64,000 nucleotides of DNA from Octopus vulgaris (lineage: Eukaryota), in the NCBI GenBank assembly GCA_951406725.2, contig OX597825.1, forward strand, positions 57,970,001 to 58,034,000, written 5' to 3'. The position numbers and the translations under genes were made by a program. Shown one piece after another: positions 13,950 through 27,390 of the stretch. Below the pieces are notes generated by a model that did not search any database, was not told where the DNA came from, and worked only from the letters and a program-made list of their open reading frames with translations. Position 1 is the stretch's first letter, and each line of letters opens with the position of its first letter.

Positions 13950-14102
13950 CTACTGAAGAAAGATCAAATGTGACCCTGTTGATTCTGAATGCACGTGGAA
14001 AGTATATCGTTTTAGGAATTGGCTGGCACGCAGCTCTTCGGTGCCGCACATACTCATCTATGTAAATTTTGGCAGCCGTTTCAAATGACTCGTAATATAA
14101 AC
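13950..14102 (-). CDS. Exon E2 (copy 1): first half of probable degenerate lectin-like domain
   Basis: tttcttctcaatgcag acceptor, gtcagt donor, 153 nt, phase 1-1. Reads RLYYESFETAAKIYIDEYVRHRRAACQPIPKTIYFPRAFRINRVTFDLSSV. Open in both copies. Confidence 0.8.
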
Positions 14103-14699
14103 CTGCATTGAGAAGAAAGGATTTTTTTCATCTCTGATTGGAGAGAGAGGGAGTGAGAGAGAAAGGGAGAGTGAGAAAGATAGAGGGAGAGAGGAATTGA
14201 TAGAGAGAGAGGGTGAGAGAGATAGGAAGCATTTACTTTCTGATATCACAAAGTATAACAAAATGTGGAGACCATAGAGAAATATTGAAAGAATTCAAAG
14301 ACAAAAAAATGTCTTTCTCTCATCGCTGCCATATTATAATTACGTAGTGTAACAGAGTGGAAGAATCAGTAGAGCAACGAATAATATGTATTGTGTTGTT
14401 TAGTAATGCGTTTTCTATCTTTTACTTGTTTCAGTTATTGGCCTGCGGCCATGCCGGGGCACATCCTGAAGGGTTCAGCCGAACAAATCTAGTCAAATAC
14501 TCCTATTTTAGGCCTGGTACTTATTCTGTTGCTGAACTGCAAAGTTCCACAGACGAAAGTAAACCAACACCGGCTGTTAAGCGGTGGTGAAAGACAAACA
14601 CAAATATACAAGAAATGTTTCGTTCAGTTTCTGTCTATGGGATCGAACCCAAGGCCATATGGTAGGCAAGCACTTTTCTTTACTGCACAACAATACCTG

Positions 14700-15150
14700 C
14701 CTGTTTAATATTCATTAGTAGGGGTGAAAGCACAATGGCTTTGATTGTCGCTTTCCCTTCGGGTGGGAAGAGGAAAGCTTCCAGGTAGTTGGTGGAGTGA
14801 ACTGTTGCCACAGATAATCAAACTGTTGATCATGTGTGAAGTAGTTGAAGCATACAGGTATATGGGGTTCGAAATCATATGATGCAGGAATATCTTTAAG
14901 TTCATTTGCGCGGTGGTAAATTAATTTACTTGTTCGTCACTCGATTTTTTCGGCCTGTTGTGTTTTCAGTGAAATGGTGGCTTATTAGAGTATTTTACGA
15001 CTCTTATTTACAACACTGGTACCTCGTGTACCCTCAATTATAATTATTAATTAATTATATAAATTTATGTATTTGCCCTGTTATTGGCTTTAATTCTTGC
15101 TGGCCACTTATATTATTATTATTATTATTATTATCATTATTATTATTATT

Positions 15151-15230
<80 letters not shown>

Positions 15231-16130
15231 TATTATTATTATTATTGAGTGAGAGAGTAGTGCGTGTCATCAAAGTAACACTGGGGTAAAATATACGAAG
15301 CCCAGTATACCCATCATGACTACCTGTCTGATAAGGGTACACCAGGCACATGCATCACAACCATATGTGCGCGACATGGTGATCTCATATCAAGGTAAAC
15401 AGCGCATGACCTTGCAGGTGGGGCTCAGTTAGAATTATCTTCAAGTCGAGTAGCCCATCCTGTTCAAAAGGTCCCTGAATAAGGGTTTGTTTAAGGATGA
15501 TGAACCAAACATCCCTTGTTTCCAAAGGTGAATCATCTAAACCCCAAAGAATTCCACACAACGCATGGCTATGATGCTACCCCACTACTTCTACTCGTGA
15601 TCAGAGATGCACATATCATCAACCACCAAGGGACATGCTCAATTGGTTAAGGTCAAGCGACTGACAAGCAAATATGTGGTATTGAGTAGAATATTTGCTG
15701 TAGCCCATCTTTTATACCAAGACAAAACAATGTATATGATGACACTTCCAATCAGTTAAGATCAGAAGCCATGAGAGTCACTGCCTGGTACCAGCTTATT
15801 TAAATTTTGAATTTATACTTGCTCGCTAATGTTCATTTGGAATTCGTGGGGTCTTCAGCTGAACAGACGTGCACGGAATGGTAAATATATTTTTAGAAAT
15901 AGTTTGCATAGTAAGCCTGGCTGATGGGCTTTAAGCGTCTTTGGCACAGAAGACGAATTTATTAATACTGGGATATCTACTCTCCTATTTGTAGTTTTTT
16001 AAAAATGGGACAGCTGTGTTTTTAGTACATTTGCTATATTCTCCGTGCGTGTTTACATATAGAGAAAGATGTATGGCTTTGGAGATTTTAAACTTTTCTT
16101 TCTAGCACCACCGTGACTTTTAAAATATAT
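14700..16130 (-). mobile_element. Possible hAT transposon remnant interrupted by the (ATT)n-associated repeat
   Basis: The minus strand near 15860-15920 reads ISKNIFTIPCTSV, resembling the hAT dimerisation motif. The rest is degraded. Confidence 0.3.
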
Positions 16131-16351
16131 TTTGCACATTTGGCTATCTTTGTTGGCTACTTTATCATTATTTTCTAAAGATAATAACTTATTTGAATTA
16201 TGTATATGTGTGTGTGTGTGTGATCATCAGAGGCGTCTACACCATTCTAACAGTCTCCTTATTATTATTATTATTATTACTATTATTATTATTATTACTA
16301 TTATTATTATCATTATTATTATTGTTGTTGTTGTTGTTGTTGTTGTTGTTA

Positions 16352-16400
<49 letters not shown>

Positions 16401-16440
16401 CATTATTATTTTACTACTACTGCTGCTACTGATGCTGTTG

Positions 16441-16532
<92 letters not shown>

Positions 16533-16536
<4 letters not shown>

Positions 16537-19500
16537 GGAAACGGGTGGAGCCTCCTTCTCATGAGCTGATTAATGATACATATAGTGATGGTGTCTCAAT
16601 AAAAACACTGGTAAATGCGCAACCTGATAATCGCTACCTCATATGACTGACAATTAAAAAACAAAATATTGTGAATAACTCTAGTAATGAAACTGAAGTC
16701 AATGATGGTGACAGTGTTACACCCGGTAGACTCAGAGATTCTGGTCCGGCTCCAGCCTGTCGATATCCAGAAAGGGACCACCGCACACGGCGTAAGTGGA
16801 GCAAGCAAATTAATGCTGTGGTCTTGGAGTGTTACTACCTAAACAGCCCGGTAGGTGAAAATGGTGCTCAAATTAGGGGTTACCGACAACGTATGTATGA
16901 TCATTGGAGAGAAAAGGGATTATTTCAACTCACGGAACAGAGACTATGTAATCAAGCTAGAGCAATAAGGAAAAATTGTTGGTTCACTGAAGTAGAGCTC
17001 GAAGCTATCAAAAGATGGGTCATGGACAATAGCAGCAGAGATAACAATGAAAATATAGTTCATACTAATAAGAGTAATCCCATAGCACAGGAAAGGAGCA
17101 GTGGTAGATTACTTGATGAGAGACAAATAGATGATCTCAAAGAAGACAATAAAACTAATGGAGACATGACAGATGAACAAAAGGCACTCTACGACAAGAC
17201 TTCAAGAGAACGATAGCGACAATATTTGCAACCTTAAAAAGGTTGATCGATGGAAATTGAACCAAGAAATGAAAAATGTCGATGAAATTCTGAAATACAT
17301 CAGAGCAACATCACAGAAACAAATAATTTGATCAAGGCAGCAAATATTGTTGTAGTAGAAAACGTGGGTGTTGATGTCAAGAAAAAGAAACATAATGGGA
17401 GAGACAAAAGAAAAGATCCATGGTGGAAAAGAAGAATCCAGGCAGAGTTAGACGTGCTCTCGAAGGAAATCTCTGTGTTAGACCGAAAAGAGAAAGGGGA
17501 GCTTAAAACCGAACAAAAAATAAAGGGCACTCAAAAGGAATTATAATATTGAAAGAAAGGGCCCGAAACTAGTAGTGGATGAACTGAAATAGCGCCTCGT
17601 TGTAAAGAAAGCAAATATGGTAAGATGCGACCAAAGAATGAAGGGTTACCACAAGAATAGATTATTCAGAGTAGATCAGAAGAGATTCCATAAAGAAATA
17701 AATGGAGAATGTACAGAGGAAAAGTTGATTCCAGATAACATTGAAAGTCAAAGGTTTTGGAGTGACATCTGGAGCAAAGACAAGGAGCACAAGAAAGATG
17801 CTGAATGGTTGCAAGGATTGAAACAAACAGTAGTCTGTCCAAAGCAGGCAGAACTAGAAATTTCAGTTAAGGAAGTGACGGAAATTCGCAAAAAAAAAAA
17901 AACAATGAGCGACTGGAAGGCTCCAGGACCAGATGGAGTTCAAAGCTACCGAATCAAAAGATTTGGTGAATGCCATGCACGAATAGCTGCGCAACTCAAC
18001 ACCTCGTGAAATGCTGACCAAGTAGAGCGGTTGACATTGGGTAGGATAATGCAGTGCGGGAAAAAGATCGAAAAAGGCAATACGGTAGACAATTACAGGC
18101 TGTTTGCCACTTACGTGGAAGTTATTGACTGGAATACTCGCAGAGTCAATGTACGAACATCTGGAAAAAATGGAGTCCTGCTACATGAGCAAAAGGGTTG
18201 CAAGTGTAAGTGCAGAGGTACCAAAGATCAACTCCTATTAGACAAAACTGTACTTAGAGACTGCAATAGGAGGAAAAGTAATTTAGCCACGTCATAGATC
18301 GACTATCGTAAGGTATACGATATGATCCCACATTCTTGGATAATGGAGTGTATGAACCTATTTGGTATTGCATCGAATGTTGAGCGATTGCTTGGAAAAA
18401 GTATGACCTCAAACTTTACGGTAAAGAGGAAGCCCAAGTCAGTTCCCTTGTTTATACCGTGTATACCTTCAGTGCTGATATCAGAATGGAGTTCAGCCTG
18501 GGAAAGTGTGGTATGCTTGTCTTGAAGAGAGGCAAAATCAAATGTATGGATGGGCTAACGATTATGAAGCAGATAGAAGAGATGGGCTATAAGTATTTGA
18601 GGATTTTGGAAATGGATAGATTGATAGAGAAAGAAAGGACAGAAAGATTTTAGATGGAATACTTGCGCAGACTGCGACTGATCCTGGAGTCGAAATTAAA
18701 TGGACAGAATAAGATCGAAGCTATCAACACCTGAGCGGTTTCACTCCTTAGATATGGAGCATGGGTAATCGCATGGGCAGTAGACGAACTAAACATCTTA
18801 GACAGAAAGACAAGGAAGTTGCTCACTAGATATGTGTTACTCCACCCAAAAATTGACACAGACAGATTGTATGTACCAAGAAAAAGAGGCGGAAGAGGAC
18901 TTATTGGATGCGAACACAGCATTAGAGTAGAAGAAAACAACATAACATGGTATGTAAAAAATGCCACAGAACTGCAATTATTAGAAGTAGGAAGGTCAGG
19001 CTTGTGTAATATGAAAGATTGCAAAGATAAAGCACTATACGAGAAATTGAAAACGAATGAATCTGAAAATTGGTGGATAAAGAAAAGAATGCATGTTCAT
19101 TTTCATAGGGATGTTGAAGATAAGACAGACAGAGAAAAAAGATGGCTGTGGATGACTAAAACTGATTTAAAACCGGAAATGGGGGCTCTAATTTGTGCTG
19201 CCCAAGAGTAAGCACTAAGAAGAAACTACATAAACTACAGAATAGACAACACAGCAGAAAGTGATAAGTGCAGAATCTGTGAACAAAACGGTGAAACCGT
19301 ATGGCATATTACCAGCCAATATATGCCACTAGCCTGGAAGGGATATAAGAGACACCACGACAATATAGCCGGGCTTGTCCATTGGACACTAGGCAACAAG
19401 TGTGAACTTGACAGAGCAAAAAATTGGTACGACCACAAACCTGAAGTCATCGTCGAAAATAGAAATGCAAAAATCCTATGGGATTCTATGATTCAGTGCG

Positions 19501-19918
19501 ACCATGAGATAGAGAATAGGAAGCCGGACATAGTCTAAATTGAAAAAGTAAAACAAACTATGCTGGATCATAGATACAGCATGCCCACCTGACAACAGGG
19601 TATGCGATTAGGAAGAAAGAAAAGTTGAGAGATATGACAGGTTAGCTTGGGAAGTTAAGAAGTTGTGGTCGATGAAAAAGGTAGCAGTAATACCAATAAT
19701 TGTCGGAGCCCTGGGAACAGTGAGCAAAAATTTCAAGAAGTACGTGAAAAAATAGTATCTGCAATAAGGTTAGAGCACCTGCAGAAAACAGCACTGCTTG
19801 GAACCGCTCGAATACTCCGGAAGGCGCTCGAAAAATAAGTGGCGTTGTTACCTTAGTTCATTGGTAGTGAACAGCTGACACTGTAGTACATCTCCAGCGT
19901 TAGAAGCCGTGCAAAAGC

Positions 19919-19920
<2 letters not shown>
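16533..19920 (+). mobile_element. Near full-length degenerate R4/Dong-like non-LTR retrotransposon (5'-deleted duplicate 42110-44919)
   Basis: N-terminal RRKWS..ECYY..GYRQRM..TEQRLCNQAR; RT motifs WKAPGPDGV, EQKGC and IPHSWI; GGRGL; CRIC; RKPDIV and IIVGALG. Flanked by (TAA)n. Many stops and an internal RT deletion. Confidence 0.9.
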
Positions 19921-20001
<81 letters not shown>

Positions 20002-20427
20002 TATATATTATATATATATATATATTCTTTTCCTTTCTACTCTTTACATGCTCCAGTCATCAGACTGCTGAGGCACCGCATTGAAGAATTTTTGTCAAAC
20101 TGCTAAGTTACGGGGACGTAAACAGAGTAACACCAGTTGTCAAACAGTGGTGAGGGACAAAGACACAAAGACACACAAAACATCCATCCATCATACATAC
20201 ATACATACATACATTATCCATCCATCCATCCATACATACATACATACATACATACATACATACATACATACATACATACATACATACGACGGACTTCTTT
20301 CAATTTCCATGTACCAAATCCTCTCGGTCCGAGGCTACAGTAGAAGACACCTGCCCAAGACACTACACTGTGTATGACATTGTTTACATCGCGCGAGCTA
20401 ATTCTAACTCCTATTTGAATGTGTGTG

Positions 20428-20519
<92 letters not shown>

Positions 20520-20570
20520 CGCGTATGTATGTATGTATATATGTATTGAGAAATCCGAGGAAATACTTAC

Positions 20571-20720
20571 GTCTTTGGCATGTAGGTCCAGAGTAACCAA
20601 AAAAACATTTAGTCCCATTGCAATGCCCATCGTTATCGAAGTCACAGTCAACGATATCGAAGCAATGACATTGATACTTCAGGTCAATACCAAATCTGTC
20701 AACTCTAAATAAACATCCAG
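20571..20720 (-). CDS. Exon E1 (copy 1): EGF-like repeat
   Basis: ttaattttcag acceptor, gtaagt donor, 150 nt, phase 1-1. Reads PGCLFRVDRFGIDLKYQCHCFDIVDCDFDNDGHCNGTKCFFGYSGPTCQR. Confidence 0.9.
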
Positions 20721-21290
20721 CTGAAAATTAAAGAAACAAATGTGAAAAATTGTGATTTATCTTGCATTACCCATCATTCGAAGAATAAATTGCGTATTAA
20801 TTTCAATATTTAATATTTAGAAACCTAAATTTGGTGGTAGGCTTTGGTCAAACTAGATCGCTCTCAGATCGAAAGGCGCCAGGAGCGGGCAGAAACTCAG
20901 AAGTGATGAAAGATGGAAGAGACAAGGCAAAGATATATATACAGATGCCAGGCATATGTATGTATATATGCTTCAGTCCATCCCCAAAACTAGACATCAA
21001 TATCTAAGCGTTGGCTATAGATTTATTGGGAACATAGATGATAGATTATTTAACTATAGTAAACTTTTGTCGGACGTTAACCTAGGAAGATTTCAATAAC
21101 GAGTGATTGCGATACGCTTGAATTCTGTTATAACGAAGTTGGGTTTATTTATACAGGGAATTCAGCTATTTGTTAAAAACGAAGATTAAAGTAGGATTTT
21201 GATGAAGGTTACGAAATATAGGGAACCATGCTGGAGTAGTAGCCATAGATTAGGGGAAGTTATTTCAAAAACGATTAGCGATTTTGTAGT

Positions 21291-21698
21291 TACTCTTTTA
21301 CTATTTTACTTGTTTCAGTCATTTGACTGCGGCCATGCTGGAGCACCGCCTTTAGTCGAGCAAATCGACCCCGGGACTTATTCTTTGTAAGCCCAGTACT
21401 TATTCTATCGGTATCTTTTTGCCGAACCGCTAAGTGCCGGGATCGTAAACACACCAGCATCGGTTGTCAAGCAATGCTAGGTGGACAAACACAGACACAC
21501 AAACACATACACACACATACATATATATATACATATATACGACAGGCTTCTTTCAGTTTCCGTCTACCAAATCCACTCACAAGGCATTGGTCGGCCCGGG
21601 GCTATAGCAGAAGACACTTGCCCAAGGGGCCACGCAGTGGGACTGAACCTGGAACCATGTGGTTGGTTAGCAAGCTACTTACCACACAGCCACTCCTG
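21291..21698 (-). mobile_element. tRNA-derived SINE with internal CA/TA repeat (duplicate 46486-46895)
   Basis: Head aggagtggctgtgtggtaag...ggttcagtccc (A/B box) and (gagtaaaa)n tail. The family recurs throughout the window. Confidence 0.85.
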
Positions 21699-21963
21699 TC
21701 TAAGATATAGAATTAGATTAGAGGAAATTGAAAACTGGTAGAACAGAAAAAGAAGTTTATCGCAAAAGCGTATTTGAAAGATGAACAACTTGGTAGGAAG
21801 TGAATTGTTAATTAAACCTAAAGTTACGGAGTATATTAGAGAATCACATGATTAAATAGGTCACAGTACAAGAGTGAAGGAATTTTGTTAACGTTTGTAA
21901 AACATGTTACGTAATGGTTTAAGATTCACGAGTCAGGAGTTATGCATGTATTCATGTATTCAG

Positions 21964-22130
21964 CAGGAGTGGCTGTGTGGTAAGTAGCTTGCTAAACAAC
22001 CACATGGTTCCGGGTTCAGCCCCACTGCGTGACATCTTGGGCAAGTGTCTTCTGCTATAGCCCCGGGCCGACCAATGCCTAGTGAGTGGATTTGGTAGAC
22101 GGAAACTGAAAGAAGCCTGTCGTATATATG

Positions 22131-22163
<33 letters not shown>

Positions 22164-22381
22164 TTGTGTGTCTGTGTTTGTCCCCCTAGCATTACTTGAC
22201 AACCGATGCTGGTGTGTTTACGTCCCCGTCACTTAGCGGTTCGGCAAAAGAGACTGATAGAATAAGTACTGGGCTTACAAAGAATAAGTCCCGGGGTCGA
22301 TTTGCTCGACTAAAGGCGGTGCTCCAGCATGGCCGCAGTCAAATGACTGAAACAAGTAAAAGAGTAAAAGAGTAAAGAGTA
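21964..22381 (+). mobile_element. Same SINE family in inverted orientation (duplicate 47160-47575)
   Basis: Near-perfect reverse complement of 21291-21698. Confidence 0.85.
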
Positions 22382-22634
22382 TGTATTCATATAATGAATA
22401 GCATATTAAATTATGATGTGTAGTTAAGCAGCGGTTAACTGAAACGAGATAAAGTAAGCAGTACATGGCAGATATGTGATTGATTAATAGTCCAACAGAC
22501 ACTATTTAAATTAACTGAAAAAATTAGGAAAATATTTCAATTTGCAAATAAATAATTAAAGCACATTTATGAGATGTATCACATAAAAAAAAAAAGACAA
22601 AGAAAGACAGATACACAGAAGGTGTTCCACTTAC

Positions 22635-22721
22635 GGGGTGTCCTGGAACAATCCCTTTCACACCTTTTCTTTAAGGATTTGTCTGTTAGACAATCACCTC
22701 GCCTCCAATCACATTTTCGTT
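22635..22721 (-). CDS. Exon E0 (copy 1): short Cys-rich ShK-like module
   Basis: Poly-T then ttgtttcag acceptor, gtaagt donor, 87 nt, phase 1-1. Reads RKCDWRRGDCLTDKSLKKRCERDCSRTP. Identical in copy 2. Confidence 0.8.
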
Positions 22722-22980
22722 CTGAAACAATTTGAAAAAAAAAAAACTGAGTGCATATCTTGACAATTTCATGAGGATAATAATAATAATGATGATGATG
22801 ATGATGATGATATATATATGTGTGTGTGTGTGTGTGTGTAGATATATATATATATTATATAGAGGTCATTACTATACATAAATGCCACACGTTAGGAGGG
22901 ACTCTTAAAGTCAAAACTACCAAAATAATTAAACACATCGTACCGAATGCAACTCTCGAAGCAAGTCACTTAAAAACCGA

Positions 22981-23040
<60 letters not shown>

Positions 23041-24113
23041 TTACATATGGAATGGAAGCACTCCGTCGGTTACGACGACGAGGGTTCCGGTTGATCCGAA
23101 TCAACGGAACAGCCTGCTCGTGCAATTAACGTGTAAGTGGCTGAGCACTCCACAGACACGTGTACCCTTAACGTAGTTCTCGGGGATATTCAGCGTGACA
23201 CAGAGAGTGACAAGGCCGGCCCTTTGAAATACAGGTACAACAGAAATAGGAAGTAAGAGTGAGAGAAAGTTGTGGTGAAAGAGTACAGCAGGGATCACCA
23301 CCATCCCCTGCCGGAGCCTCGTGGAGCTTTTAGGTGTTTTCGCTCAATAAACACTCACAACGCCCGGTTGCTCAACTGGTTAAAGTCAAACAACTGACAA
23401 GCAAATCTGTGTTATTGAGCAGAATATTTGCTGTAGCCCATCTTTTATACCAAGACAAAACAATGTACATGATAACACTTCCAATCAGTCAAGATCAGAA
23501 GCCATGAGAGCCACTGCCTGGTACTGCATCAGGGCATTTAGGGTACATTATTATTATTATTATTATTATTATTATGAAAATCCCGCTCTCTTGTCATTCA
23601 CTTGGTCTAACTCGTTAATTATTCCCTGCATTTCTCAGATCAAAAAAGGAGTGCACATTCAAAAGCCAAAATACATGATAACGCTTCTTCGCAAAACACA
23701 AAAATGCGCTTAGCTATACAGACTGTCTGCAAATGCGCAGGCGCAATCAACTGTCAAGGGTAAAATTATCTCCGTCCAATCAAAAAACAGCTGGCAGTCT
23801 ATTGGCAGTCTATCTAGCTGTACGCACACACCGCGTACAAATTTCTGTGTTTTAGCGATTTTGAATGGATATGCCTATAACTTATGGGCATAAGGGGTCG
23901 GTTTATCGATCTTTTTTAATGGCTTTCTGGGGTGACTGGGGAAATGAAAAGATCTTCATGACCACCCTCAGACAATTTTGAAAGCCCATAGAAAGTGCGA
24001 GCCTTTTACGTGAAAAACTGTGGATTTGTATAAAGGATACACAGACACACAGACATTTTGCTGTTTATAGATATATATATGCGTGTGTGTGTATGTGTAT
24101 GTGTGCCTGTGCG

Positions 24114-24144
<31 letters not shown>

Positions 24145-24206
24145 GCATATATGTAAATGTACACACATACACACACATAGGTAGATATTATTATTATTAT
24201 CATTAA

Positions 24207-24301
<95 letters not shown>

Positions 24302-24521
24302 CAACAGCAGCAGAAGTAGTAGTACGAAAAATGACCTCTGGGATCATGTCTTGAACAGATCATTCAAGATCAGATATGTTCATAGATCAGGTATGTTCAG
24401 GGTTTTTGCACTGATAAATCACACAACGCTGTTGTATAATGGGTGATGGCCTAGGGCTAAACAGTAGTAGCAGCAGCAATGACAACAACAACAACAACGA
24501 CAAGTTAACTAAATATATTAC

Positions 24522-24600
24522 CTGGAAATGTTTTTGAAATAGTCACTCTGAGATCCATTTTGATGCTGACAAAGCGGCCCGTAAACACCTTCACGGCATT
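24522..24600 (-). CDS. Exon E7: EGF-start segment following the F-type lectin domain of copy 2 (possibly terminal)
   Basis: ttttattctacag acceptor. A phase-1 join to E6' gives EVEVI-QCREGVYGPLCQHQNGSQSDYFKNISR. It ends at AG|gtaata, where the TAA is also an in-frame stop. Confidence 0.7.
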
Positions 24601-24890
24601 CTGTAGAATAAAATGATATATTGATGTACAAAGATGAACTGTTGACGACGGATTGGTTGAAAACTGGCAGCGTCTCATAGGAAGGATATTACTCACCCAA
24701 CCACCCTCAGTTCTCTGACCTTTGTTTCTTTATTGACATTCTTGTACCTCAAGGATACGCCCTAACACTTCATCTCTACAACTCTTCCTCTTTTCCCTTT
24801 GCCTGGTATCTTGGGCAAGTGTTTTGTACTATAACCTAGGGCCTACCAAAGCCTTGTGAGTGGATTTGGTAAACGGAAACTGAAAGAAAC

Positions 24891-24926
<36 letters not shown>

Positions 24927-24939
24927 GAGAATTTATTTA

Positions 24940-27390
24940 TTTAAAAAAAACAAACAAAAGACGATGACGAGTGTGTAAACAAGAAACAGATGTATTAGTT
25001 TAACGCTCGGGAAGTGAGAAAGTCTTTTACGTTTTGAGCCTACGCTCTTCCACAAAAAGAAACAGAAATAAACAGGGAGAGAAATTAGAAAAAGGTATAG
25101 TGGCTAGCGATCTATCATAGTGAATGCCGGACAAAGGGGTCACACAGGAGAGCTAGGGAGAAGGGGAGATAATAAAGTAGTAGTGATCCCAAAACGAAGG
25201 TCCGCGTGCGTGTGTGAGAGCGTGTATGAACTTGTGGAAGGGTGCTGGTGACATTGACGTGTCCTTGTGTGCATGTGTAGGTGTGTGGATAATGGTGTAG
25301 GTGCTGGGAAGTGGTTAGTGCTAGTGTGCAGGTAGGTGTGATGTGGTGTGGTATGGTGGTGTGTGGTGTGGTGGTGTGTGGTCTGGTGGTGTTGTAGTGT
25401 TGGGAAGGTGAGAGTGGGGGAAGCAAAGGTGGGGGTCTAAGGGATGTGGTGGAGGTACGATGGGATGTATAGGGATAGTGAGGTTAGAATGTGTAGGGGT
25501 GGGGTAACGAGGGAGGAGTGATGATGAAGGGATAGGATGGAAGGGAGAAGGTAGGTAGGACTGAAGAGAGGAATTAGGTGCCAGAACAAGAGAGGAGAGG
25601 TGAGTGGGAAGAAGAAGGTGTGAGATGAAGAGAGGTGAGAGGAGGAGAGTTAGATGAAAAGGGAAGGCGGGATGAGCCCATGTGACGCAAAAGAGCGAAG
25701 AGAGATTAATCCCTGCTCACGGCGAAGACGTGAGTCCGGATGGTCCCTGTGCAAGGACAATCCGAACACAGACAGGTGTTATAAAGAGTGACCGTTAAAG
25801 CAGAAATGGCGCGGGACCGGAGTGTCGTTTCCGAGTCGGATGTCTCAGAAATGTTCCGCGAACCGGTTAGCCAAGCGGCGTCCCGTTTGACCGATGTATA
25901 GAGAAGAACAGAGAGAACAGGAGATGCAGTAGATGACGTTGCTAGAAGTGCAGGTGAAGGATTTGGTGATATGATAGGGTCGATGATGGGTGCCGGTGAG
26001 GAGGGTGGTGTTGGAGAGGTAAGGTCAAATGCGGCAGCGTGGGCGGAAGCAGAGGAGCGAGCTGGGTTGGGAGGTTGGGTTAGGGAAGCGGCTGTGAACC
26101 AGAAGGTCTCGTAGGTTGTGGGCTAGTTTGAAGGAGGGGTCGGTTAGGGAAGATGTGCGAAGTGGAGGCATCGGACTGGAGGTAGGGTGATGGCGGGGTA
26201 GGTGAGGGAAACGGGAGACGGGTGACGGCGGTGTGGGTGCGGGGGGAGAGAGCATATGCATGGTCCACGGAGCGTGTTCTGGCAAGGGCGGTGTGGATAG
26301 TAGTGATGGGATATCCACGTAGGATGAAGTGGCGAGCCATGAGTTGAGAGTCTCAAAGTCATGGTTGTCACTGCAGAGTCTGCGTAGACGGAGGAATTGG
26401 GAATAGGGGATGGAGATCTTGATGTATTTAGGGGGGATGAGGAGAATTTGAGGTATGAGTGTGAGTCTGTGTGTTTGTAAAAATCACCTGCGAACGAGAA
26501 GCAGTTAAGTGATAGGAAAAGTTCGGCCAGACGAAGGAGTGTGGATGTGTCCGGTTGGAGGTTGGGTCGAAGGTCAAGGAAATGTTGGAAAGCACACAGC
26601 CCCTCGTGGTGAGGGATTACCGTGTATATTAGACTCTTGATGTCAAGAATGAAGAGAAGTTTAGAGGAGCCAGGAGGGAAGGAAAAAGAGTTGAACAAAC
26701 GAAGAGCATGGTTGGTGTCATGGATGTGAGATGGGAGGGAAGCCACTAGGGAGGCAAGGACACGGTCAAGATATCTGGAGATGAGTTCGGTGGGACAGTT
26801 GCAGTCGGAGACTATGGAGCGACCAGGGTTGTTAGATTTGTGGATTTTGGAGTGGAGGTGCGAGGGGTGCGGACAATGAGGTTAGAGGCGGTGAAAGGAG
26901 ATGAGGTCATGGATAGAGAAGAACACAGTCTGTTGGTAGCTGGGCGTGGGGTTGGAGGGCAGAGGGCATTAGAAGGAGGTCACTTGAAGTTGGCGGAGAG
27001 CTTCCGCCTTGTAGAGGTCCGTGCACCACACTACCACGGCTCCACCTTTGTCGACCGGTTTTATGATGATGTCTGTGCGGCGTCGGAGACATCGAAGAGC
27101 CAAGAGTTCAGATGGAGAGATGTTCAGATGTCAGGGACGCTTGGAAAATTCAAGCCGGTCCACAGCACGCTGGCAGGCGCCCGCAAAAAGATCGACTGCT
27201 TGAAACTGGCCAGGTGCTGGCGTCCACTGGGATGGTCGGCGGCCCAGGTCGGTGAAGCAGTCCTCCTCATTAGGTGCAGGTGAAGTGTCGCGGAAAAGCG
27301 CACACAACTTAACGCGGCGCACAAAGCTGTGGATATCGACACGATCCGAAATTCGTTGCTGGATGGAGTGAGGAGGATGAATAGCATATA
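24940..27390 (-). mobile_element. Degenerate Penelope-like element (RT + GIY-YIG)
   Basis: Motifs LPSHIHDTNHAL..LDIKSL..IPHHEGL, HTDSHSYL and CTSSNVIYCISCSLC..YIGQTGRRLANRFAEH. The 3' pLTR has a decayed hammerhead at about 25023-25059 next to (TA)n. Confidence 0.88.

Noticed and set aside
21964-22040. tRNA gene
   Set aside because: The A/B boxes belong to a SINE head that continues into the SINE body. There is no proper cloverleaf.
23575-24070. Possible Helitron-like non-autonomous element on the minus strand
   Set aside because: The start resembles TC...tgtctgtgtgtc Helitron heads, but no clear 3' hairpin/CTAG end was found.
24505-24696. ORF-track frame containing GRFVSIK, resembling the lectin GRYV motif
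   Set aside because: The splice phase from E6' selects the other frame (QCREGVYGPLC), which is the expected EGF continuation.
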